Shown: piece by piece, positions 1 through 6,782 of the stretch
Position numbering within the stretch: the first letter of the stretch is position 1
How the letters are laid out: every line of letters begins with the position of its first letter
NCBI GenBank assembly: GCA_038217285.1
Contig: JBBQPO010000168.1
Coordinates: forward strand, 1-13,361
Origin: Chthonomonadales bacterium
GTDB taxonomy: Bacteria > Armatimonadota > Chthonomonadetes > Chthonomonadales > Chthonomonadaceae
Direction of reading: 5' to 3'
DNA: 13,361 nucleotides
Program-made: the position numbers and the translations under genes
Notes under the pieces: model-generated
What the model was told of the DNA's origin: nothing
What the model saw: the letters and a program-made list of their open reading frames with translations, nothing else
Database searches by the model: none

Positions 1-2214
1 GATTCGCGCCGCGTCCTTGACACTCTTTTTCTCTTTTGCTGCGGTCGCGAGCGCATCCTTGATGGCGTCTTCGACTGCGCCGACGCGCAATCCGGTGAGG
101 TTGAACTTCGTCAGTTTGTTCAGTTGCCAGGCCAATCCGAACTGATGCCGCGCCAGACCGTGTTCGTTGCCGAGCTGGGCGCGCTCCACGTCGGAGAGGT
201 CGGTCAGGCGGTTAAAGTGGCTGTCGATGGTCTGATCGAGCAGGTTGAACTGCAGCGTCTTGCCGGTGTAGCCGAACTGATAGCGATGCAGAGTGGCGAG
301 GGAATCCTTTGTCGTGCCGCCATTCAACTGGGCCAGATCCATGTGGTTGAAGGAGAGGAAGCCGCCCTTCCCAGCCTTGCCCAACCGCATTTTGGCGTTC
401 AGAAAATCGCGGGAGAGGCCCGCCTCCTTGCCGACTTGATCCCGGTCCTTCTGGACCACCTGGGCGGCGGTGGCGGTGGGATCGAACTGACGGCGGATGT
501 CGAGCGCCAGGGCGGTCTTCTCGATGTCGGCGAGGTCGGTGATGCGGCTGAAATCTTTGTCCGTTTTGCGGCGGGTATAGCCCAGGCTGAACGCGCCGGC
601 ATCCAGGTTCAGGCTGTCGCGCTGCAGACCGGTCGCCAGTGATTTGGCATCCTTTGCGGCATCGGAGAGGCGCAGTTGGGAGAGCGCGAACCCGCCTGCC
701 TTGCCAAACGAAGAGTGGAGGAGAAGGGAATCGCGGCTGAAACCGGCCTCTTTCGCGACCTGCGCTTTGTCCGCTGCGGTCACCTGCTCCAGTTTGGCGG
801 CAGGGTCGTACTGGTGATACAGGTCGAGCGCGAGGGTGGTCTTGTCGGCGTCGCTCAGGTCGTTGAGGCGTTTGAAATCTTTGTCGGCTTTACGGTTTAG
901 GCGCTGAACGCTGACTCCGGCCAGGTTGAAGCCGATACTCTCCCGGCTAAGCCCTCCGCTCTTATCGCCGAAACTCTGGCTGGAGAAGTCGAATGTACCG
1001 GGGGCCGCGCCCTTTTTGGCGGAGCCGAAGTTCAGCCCGAAGCCTAGGCTGGAGGCCCGCATTCCCTTCTCTTTTTCCCACTGCGCTTTGTCCGCCTCCC
1101 GCAGTCCTTTGAACTGGGAGAACTTCTCGTCGATGGTGCGGCTGGCGTAGTTGAAGCGCAGGTTCTGGGAGAGAAAGCCGAGGCTCTGCTGGCTGATGGA
1201 CCCTTTGTCGCCGTGAATCTGGCTGAGGTCGAAACTGAGGCCGTCCGGGGTCTTGCTCTTGGGGCTCAGGCCGAAGCCAAAGCCGAATCCGATGCGCTGG
1301 ATGCCCTTCTCGCCCTCCAACTGAGTGAGGCGGTCGAGCATGGCCTTGTCGTTAGCAGCGCTGCCTTTGAGGGCGGTAAAGCCGCTGAAGTTCTTCCCGA
1401 TGTCCTGGAAATCGGCGTGGGCGCGCAGACGGCCCGACTGTGCGTTCAGGCTCTGAGTGATAAGGTGGTCCACGCCGCTGAGCGCCGGATCGGCTTTGGC
1501 TGCGGACTTCACCCCCGGTTTCGTGCCATCGATTTTGAGGTTGCTGGTCTGGGTCGTATTGGCGAAATAGGCTAGCCCCGAATAGGTCGAAAGCCCGCCG
1601 CCGCCGAACTTGCTGCTCAGATTGAGGCCGTAGAGAGAGGTGCTGGTGCCGTCGCCCATGCTGGTTCCGAACGCGAGGTTCAGGGCTGTGGAGCCGCCGA
1701 AGTTCATCTGCAGTCCGGGCATTCCAAGCGAGGTGCGATGGGCGCTGTCCCCGTCCTCATACCGATAGTAGGCGCTGATGCTGTCGCCAGGGCGAACGGT
1801 CTGGGAAAAATAGAGGGCTCCGCTGTCGGGGTCGAGGAAGTAGTCCTGGCCGGATTTCAGCAGTGAGCCATTGACCCGCAGGCTGATGGTATCGGTCAGG
1901 ATGTTGCCATGAGAGAGGGAATAGCCCAGGCGCGACCCGTTGCCGCGCAGCACTTCGGAAAACGAGTGGCCAGCGGAGGCGCCGGTACGCGCTTTGCCGA
2001 TGTTCTGGCCGAGAACGCTCAGGCCGGAGTTCCCCAGTCCTGTGCTGCCCAGTCCAGAGATTCCGCTGATGTGGGGAGCGTCCAGCGGAGCCTGCGCCTG
2101 CACCGCGCCGGACAGGACAAACGGCAAGGTTACAGACAGAACGACGCCAGCGGAAGCAAAAACTCTTCCTGTTCCACTTCCGCGCTTGCGGGCGCGAAGC
2201 AGTCGCCTTGTCAT
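1..2214 (-). CDS. Large secreted/outer-membrane-type repeat protein (partial, runs off the left edge; >=738 aa)
   Basis: My translation, not in the ORF track: MTRRLLRARKRGSGTGRVFASAGVVLSVTLPFVLSGAVQAQAP... open to position 1. Signal-peptide-like N-terminus (basic stretch, hydrophobic core, VQA^Q). SD-like AAGGT upstream; alternative in-frame ATG at 2235. Contains LKSGQDYFLDPDSGALYF and Gly/aromatic-rich beta-strand-like segments with internal repeats. Confidence 0.85.
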   Translation of the reverse strand, partial: MTRRLLRARKRGSGTGRVFASAGVVLSVTLPFVLSGAVQAQAPLDAPHISGISGLGSTGLGNSGLSVLGQNIGKARTGASAGHSFSEVLRGNGSRLGYSLSHGNILTDTISLRVNGSLLKSGQDYFLDPDSGALYFSQTVRPGDSISAYYRYEDGDSAHRTSLGMPGLQMNFGGSTALNLAFGTSMGDGTSTSLYGLNLSSKFGGGGLSTYSGLAYFANTTQTSNLKIDGTKPGVKSAAKADPALSGVDHLITQSLNAQSGRLRAHADFQDIGKNFSGFTALKGSAANDKAMLDRLTQLEGEKGIQRIGFGFGFGLSPKSKTPDGLSFDLSQIHGDKGSISQQSLGFLSQNLRFNYASRTIDEKFSQFKGLREADKAQWEKEKGMRASSLGFGLNFGSAKKGAAPGTFDFSSQSFGDKSGGLSRESIGFNLAGVSVQRLNRKADKDFKRLNDLSDADKTTLALDLYHQYDPAAKLEQVTAADKAQVAKEAGFSRDSLLLHSSFGKAGGFALSQLRLSDAAKDAKSLATGLQRDSLNLDAGAFSLGYTRRKTDKDFSRITDLADIEKTALALDIRRQFDPTATAAQVVQKDRDQVGKEAGLSRDFLNAKMRLGKAGKGGFLSFNHMDLAQLNGGTTKDSLATLHRYQFGYTGKTLQFNLLDQTIDSHFNRLTDLSDVERAQLGNEHGLARHQFGLAWQLNKLTKFNLTGLRVGAVEDAIKDALATAAKEKKSVKDAARI

Positions 2215-2296
2215 TTTGTCGTACCTTGCCGTCATAAGCCTGGCATCGTTTCTATATATCAGTGCTTACCAAGAAGTTTCGCCTTCGGGGGCGAGA

Positions 2297-3409
2297 CTAA
2301 AAGGTTCCTTTGATCACATCGATCGTCACTTCATGCCGCTGAATGTTTTCGGCCACGTTGCGGTCGTAGCCGCTGTACTTCGCGGTCATGTTATGCCGTA
2401 TCACGGCCGCCGCAATATTCTGGCTGGCTCCCGGCGGCAGCGTCGCGACATGTACCGTGGTTTTCGGCTGCGGCGCAGGCCCCTCGCCTCCGGAAGTCCC
2501 CATGCTGGCGGTCGGCTTTACGGCGTTATCCGTTAGGGGAGTGGAGGTTTCGTTATTGGCGACAACCATCGGACCAAAATCATCGGTCGCAGGGGGAACG
2601 ATGGTCATCGCCGTGTGGGGCGCCGTGTTATTGTCCATCTTCTTGTCATAAGGGTAGCCTGTCCCTGTCCCCGTTGCTATCTGAACGCCGTCGTTGTGCG
2701 GCGCGTTGTTCTTCGGCAGATAGTGATGGCTCGGCAGATGCGGCCCCTCCACAATGGAGGCGGCGTTGCGGTCAGGCCGTAGATGCGTCGGACCGATAGC
2801 CGGAATGAGGTTTGGCCGGATGTTCGACTGGTGATAGACGAGCGTGGGCGACATTTTCTTAAACGGAAGAGGCGGTTTCGGCCCAACTTTCGACCCCTCC
2901 AGCTTTGCCAACTCATTAGCAGGCGGTGGAATGGTGATATTGTACTGCGAAGAACTCGGACTGTTAGCCGCCACCTGAGTCGGCAGGGCGTTGTGGGAGT
3001 TCGTGGAATTCAAGCGCGGCAGGACGAGCAGAGCGCCGATTGCGGCGACTGCGAACGCGCCGCCGACCGTCGCATAGCGTCCAAAGGCAGGGGTGGTCGC
3101 ACGATTCCAGGCGGCGCGAAGACGACCGGCCAGGGTGGGGCGGCGAACTGTACCGGCATAGATGGCGTCCCGCAGAGCGATGGGCGGAGCAACCTCTTCC
3201 AGCGTGTGCATGGTCTTGGAGGTCTGCATCAAAAAGTCGAAGTCGCGTCGGTAGGCCGGATCGGAGCTGAGCATCTGCTCTACGATCGTCGCCTGCGCCG
3301 GGTCCGCTTCGCCGTCCACATAGAGACTGAGCAGATCCCAGAGCTTCTCCTCATCGGTCTGAGGAGCCTGTGCGTCGAATAGATTGTCTGAATGGTTGTT
3401 CGTGGGCAT
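2297..3409 (-). CDS. Membrane-anchored anti-sigma factor (RsiW/RseA-like N-terminal domain, one TM helix, Pro-rich extracytoplasmic tail)
   Basis: N-terminal LLSLYVDGEADPAQATIVEQMLSSDPAYRRDF resembles the anti-sigma 'LSAYLDGEL' pattern. TM segment VGGAFAVAAIGALLVL. SD-like GAAGGAAAAGGG upstream of the ATG. Confidence 0.75.
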   Translation of the reverse strand: MPTNNHSDNLFDAQAPQTDEEKLWDLLSLYVDGEADPAQATIVEQMLSSDPAYRRDFDFLMQTSKTMHTLEEVAPPIALRDAIYAGTVRRPTLAGRLRAAWNRATTPAFGRYATVGGAFAVAAIGALLVLPRLNSTNSHNALPTQVAANSPSSSQYNITIPPPANELAKLEGSKVGPKPPLPFKKMSPTLVYHQSNIRPNLIPAIGPTHLRPDRNAASIVEGPHLPSHHYLPKNNAPHNDGVQIATGTGTGYPYDKKMDNNTAPHTAMTIVPPATDDFGPMVVANNETSTPLTDNAVKPTASMGTSGGEGPAPQPKTTVHVATLPPGASQNIAAAVIRHNMTAKYSGYDRNVAENIQRHEVTIDVIKGTF

Positions 3410-3492
3410 GGTAACCCTTTTCCTTCTGTCAAAAAACTCCGCGCAGACAGCGCGCGGACGACGTCCGCAAATCGTTTAATTCTGTCCGGTGA

Positions 3493-3518
3493 GACGCGAC
3501 GTGAGCAGGAAGGTTGCA
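3493..3518 (-). promoter_or_regulatory. Putative ECF sigma promoter P1 of the anti-sigma gene
   Basis: Minus strand TGCAAC-N16-CGTC(TC), matching the general ECF AAC...CGT pattern. Confidence 0.55.
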
Positions 3519-3581
3519 GTTTTTTCTTATGCAGTCCTGCCTGTTGCCGCGTTCGGAGGCTCGTCACGTAGTGACGGAGGG

Positions 3582-3610
3582 TCAGACAATCAAAACGGCT
3601 TGAAGTTGCA
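3582..3610 (-). promoter_or_regulatory. Putative ECF sigma promoter P2 of the anti-sigma gene
   Basis: Minus strand TGCAACTT...TGTCTGA, i.e. CAACTT-N16-TCTGA, close to the RpoE-type GAACTT-N16-TCTGA. Same TGCAAC and spacing as P1. Confidence 0.5.
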
Positions 3611-3719
3611 GGGGATGTCCGTACGTTGGAAGGGATTGAACTGTGCGGTGAAGAAAGAGGGATCGACATTCGAAATCGAGGAAGAATGGCGTTTTCACGC
3701 CTTCAAGAAGGAGACTGCT

Positions 3720-4142
3720 GTGCTCAAAACGCCTCTGCTGCATCCCGACATTCTGCGCGCGGTCGCAGGAGCCGGACACGGTTCCCGTATCCTGATCGCG
3801 GACGGCAACTACCCGTTCGCCACAACGGCCGGTCCCAACGCCGACGTGGTCTATCTCAACCTTGCACCGGGCCTGGTCAGCGCCACCGACACGCTTCGCG
3901 TCCTGGCCTCGATCTTGCCGATCGAGGCCGCGCATGTGATGCAGACGGCCGACGGAACCGAGCCGCCCGTCTTCGGCGAGTTTCGGCGCCTGCTGCCGAC
4001 AGGAGTCGATATCGCGTCGATAGAGCGCTTCGCTTTTTATGAAACGGTCGGACAGCCCGACGTCTGCCTGGTCATCGCTACCGGAGAACAGCGCATCTAT
4101 GCCAATATCTTGTTGACCATCGGCGTCGTCATGCCCGAATAG
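3720..4142 (+). CDS. RbsD/FucU family sugar mutarotase/pyranase
   Basis: GTG start at 3720 after SD AAGGAG (3708-3713). Motifs MLKTPLLHPDIL, GHGSRILIADGNYP, ERFAFY and YANILLTIGVV are characteristic of the family. Confidence 0.9.
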   Translation: MLKTPLLHPDILRAVAGAGHGSRILIADGNYPFATTAGPNADVVYLNLAPGLVSATDTLRVLASILPIEAAHVMQTADGTEPPVFGEFRRLLPTGVDIASIERFAFYETVGQPDVCLVIATGEQRIYANILLTIGVVMPE

Positions 4143-4177
4143 AACAAGTGACCATCGGCGTCGTCATGCCCGAATAG
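4114..4177 (+). repeat. Perfect 29-bp direct repeat (3' end of the RbsD/FucU gene duplicated)
   Basis: TGACCATCGGCGTCGTCATGCCCGAATAG at 4114-4142 and 4149-4177, separated by AACAAG. Confidence 0.95.
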
Positions 4178-4183
4178 TCGGCA

Positions 4184-4960
4184 CTATTGGTCGGTGAGTA
4201 TAACGGCTCGGGCGGCGGGTTGCCCTACCGTCGGATGGACCAGTCCCAGAACCAGCAAGGAGTACGAGTGCCCACCGGCGAGCGTCACGCTGCCGGGCGA
4301 TGCCAGAACATTGCCCGCATTGTCGCGTACCGTCAGGTTGTAGCCTCCCGCCGTCAGGGTGACATAGTTCGTGCTGCCGGAACTGGAGACACTGCCATAA
4401 GCGACGTTGCTGAGGCCGATGATCGGGACAGCGGTAGGAGGCGCGACCGCCGTATTGTAGAGGGTGACAGGCGGCGAATCGGGCGAGAGGTTGACGACAC
4501 GCACCGCAACGCTGCCGGTCGGCACCGAAGCTGCAAAGTTGTCGCTGATCTGGATAAGCCGGGGCGCTGTGGCACCGGAAGTTCCGGAGATGCCGGCGAT
4601 GACTTCGGTATAGAAGAAATCACGTGTCATCGTCACGGAGCTTTGCGGCGCGAGGTCGGCGGCGGTACCCGCCTGGAAAGCGTCTGTCGTGATCGCGATC
4701 CCACTCGAAACAGCGGCATAGCTGGTTCCCTGTCCGAACGCCAGCGGAGCCGGGTTGAGAGGGATACCGCGCTGTGTGATGTCCACCCCTGCGCTGGGGG
4801 AACCGACGAGCGCGTTCAGAACCCGTTCTTTGTTCGTATCGTTCGGATCGGTACCGAACGGCTTGGAAATGCTCGTGCCGCCACCGCAGCCCAGCAGCGC
4901 CAACGTGAGGACGCAGACGGTTCCGAGCAGCATGCAGCGCCCTATCTTATGCGAAAGCAT
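4184..4960 (-). CDS. DUF4397-like lipoprotein (two tandem beta-sandwich modules)
   Basis: ATG at 4960 after SD GAGGAGG. Lipobox LLG^C followed by GGG. RVLNALVGSP and VRVVNLSPDSPPV are the two repeated DUF4397-type strand motifs; also NVAYGSVS..YVTL.AG.Y. Confidence 0.8.
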   Translation of the reverse strand: MLSHKIGRCMLLGTVCVLTLALLGCGGGTSISKPFGTDPNDTNKERVLNALVGSPSAGVDITQRGIPLNPAPLAFGQGTSYAAVSSGIAITTDAFQAGTAADLAPQSSVTMTRDFFYTEVIAGISGTSGATAPRLIQISDNFAASVPTGSVAVRVVNLSPDSPPVTLYNTAVAPPTAVPIIGLSNVAYGSVSSSGSTNYVTLTAGGYNLTVRDNAGNVLASPGSVTLAGGHSYSLLVLGLVHPTVGQPAARAVILTDQ

Positions 4961-5086
4961 GGCAACCTCCTCTTGCATGGAAATGGAAGTAGTCGGCACA
5001 AAGACTACCTCCAAATAGACGTATGAACCTGACGAACAGGCAAAGCAACAGCGACGGTCTGCCGCGCGCGGCTAACACCGATAAGA

Positions 5087-5113
5087 GACGACGTAACTGG
5101 CTCGGATGTGACG
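5087..5113 (-). promoter_or_regulatory. Putative ECF promoter of the lipoprotein gene
   Basis: Minus strand cGTCACA-N16-CGTC(TC), one mismatch from the ECF41-type consensus TGTCACA-N16-CGTC. Confidence 0.5.
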
Positions 5114-5323
5114 ACAAAATTGAAAATAGGGCCGGTTCGCCGGTGTGCAGCCTGACCGGAACATAAATTTGGCGTTCGGCGTCGAAATTGACACCCGAGA
5201 CATTTTGGATACGTATAGGGATACAGAGGCGCGTTCTCTTACCAGGGCGCGCAACCCGGTCGGCAGGCACGGAGCGCCGCCGCAGCCGCGCACGACCCTA
5301 AATAAGGGGAGGAGTTACCTACG

Positions 5324-5611
5324 ATGACTTGGCTTCTTGGTCTACTCTGGCCGCTGTTGGCCGGGGGCGGAATGTATTTTATGTCGAACCGTTGCAAGGG
5401 CAAAAATGCGAAGCTGTTCTTTCGCTATGGCGCCTGGGGCTTCTGGCTCCTCTATCTATTCGTGATTCCCGGGCCGTTCATGTTCCCCTTCAGTTTGCTG
5501 AACTACGTCGTCAAACTGGCTCCCAGCGTGGTCTGTTTCTGGATGGCCGTAAACAGTATCATCAAAGAGATGCGGGCGCAGGCGCAGGGTCAGTATACCG
5601 ACGCGGTCTGA
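5324..5611 (+). CDS. Small integral membrane protein (about 3 hydrophobic segments), unknown function
   Basis: Strong SD AAGGGGAGGAG, 95 aa, highly hydrophobic and aromatic, followed by a terminator. Confidence 0.8.
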   Translation: MTWLLGLLWPLLAGGGMYFMSNRCKGKNAKLFFRYGAWGFWLLYLFVIPGPFMFPFSLLNYVVKLAPSVVCFWMAVNSIIKEMRAQAQGQYTDAV

Positions 5612-5623
5612 TGTTCCGGAAGA

Positions 5624-5661
5624 GAAAAGGGGCGGCGAACATCAGTTCGCCGCCCCTTTTC
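5624..5661. terminator. Bidirectional intrinsic terminator
   Basis: Perfect 17-bp inverted repeat GAAAAGGGGCGGCGAAC-atca-GTTCGCCGCCCCTTTTC between convergent genes, with U-tracts on both strands. Confidence 0.9.
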
Positions 5662-5690
5662 GACGGAAGGTATGCTGCTTCTGCGTTGAC

Positions 5691-6614
5691 TCAGGACTTC
5701 TTAACCAGATTTTCACAGAAGAACTGCACCACGCTCTGGCGGGTTTCGTCCCGCAGGCTGTGATGGATGCGCCTGTGTCCGGAGCGCGGGATAATGTGGA
5801 GTATTTTGGGATGACCGGCGGCGGCGTGAAGCGCATGCGCGTCTGCCAGATTGACGACCCGGTCCCGACTGCCGTGCAGCAGCATAAGGGGGCGCGGAGT
5901 CAATCTGGAAACGACGTTGATCGGTGAGACAAGTGTGGGGGAGACCGGAAACCAGCGGGTCGCCAGCAGCAGCGCGCCCCAGGAGACCACCGGTGCCAAA
6001 GGCCCGAAGTGCTTCCGGCACCGCTGTCGGATCGCTCCATTCAGTGTCGCGAAGGCTCCATGCGTCGCAACGGCCTGAATACACTCCTCATCGGCTGCGG
6101 CGAGAATGGCCGTCGCACCGCCCATCGAGAAGCCGAAGACTCCCATCGGCACATCGGTAACGTCCGGACGCGAGTTCAGGTATTTCACCGCACCCCGCAG
6201 ATCCTGCGTCTCGTAATAGCCTGCCGAACAGAGCTCGCCGCCGCTGTTGCCCATCGCGCGGAAGTCGAAGAGCAGCAGCGCAAATCCCTCGCGCCATAGT
6301 CGCTCCGCCCAGGGCAACGCCTCTCCCCGGTTCGCCATCATCCCATGACAGAGAATAACGACACCGCGTGCCGATTCCCCTTCCGCCCCCACCGGCGCCG
6401 GAATGAACCAACCGGAGAGCATAGTACCTTCCAGGGAAGCGAAAGCCACCTCTTCGTAAGCGGCTCCGAACCGTGCCGGAGTGCCTTTTACGCGCCGCCG
6501 CGGAGGATGAGTCGCAAACCACGCCAGTAAAAAGGTACCCAGTACCACGAAGGCTGCTGCGCCCAGTGTTCCGGCTCCGGCGACCGCGATCAACCACGCC
6601 CAGAAGGAATGCAA
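5691..6614 (-). CDS. Alpha/beta hydrolase with N-terminal membrane anchor
   Basis: LSGWFIP, ILCHG, LLFDFRAMGNSGG, nucleophile elbow GFSMGG, HGSRDRVV (Asp) and SGH (His). TTG start after GAGAGGA. Confidence 0.9.
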   Translation of the reverse strand: MHSFWAWLIAVAGAGTLGAAAFVVLGTFLLAWFATHPPRRRVKGTPARFGAAYEEVAFASLEGTMLSGWFIPAPVGAEGESARGVVILCHGMMANRGEALPWAERLWREGFALLLFDFRAMGNSGGELCSAGYYETQDLRGAVKYLNSRPDVTDVPMGVFGFSMGGATAILAAADEECIQAVATHGAFATLNGAIRQRCRKHFGPLAPVVSWGALLLATRWFPVSPTLVSPINVVSRLTPRPLMLLHGSRDRVVNLADAHALHAAAGHPKILHIIPRSGHRRIHHSLRDETRQSVVQFFCENLVKKS

Positions 6615-6782
6615 TATGGAATCCTCTCACGTCGAACTTGCTTCCGGATGCGAAGCGCGTCCCGTTACTCTATTCTTAGTTTACCATGTCTCCATCGGGA
6701 TTGCGCTACGCCTGCCATAGAGTTTCGACTATTGCTCCGATAGGCGGACCGTGGACCGCCGTTCAACATCCAACAATAGGTT

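Noticed and set aside
2276-2297. Hairpin after the anti-sigma stop codon as a terminator
   Set aside because: Only a 5-bp perfect stem (TCGCC/GGCGA) and a poor U-tract; too weak to call.
124-2536. Plus-strand ORFs (124-642, 676-900, 926-1150, 1213-1575, 1909-2313, 1940-2536)
   Set aside because: Antisense shadows of the long minus-strand gene, with no recognisable motifs.
3489-3719. Long N-terminal extension of the RbsD/FucU ORF in the track
   Set aside because: Family homology and the SD place the start at GTG 3720; the extension overlaps the anti-sigma promoter region.
4114-4177. 29-bp repeat as a CRISPR mini-array
   Set aside because: Only two copies, a 6-bp spacer, the repeat is coding sequence, and there are no cas genes.
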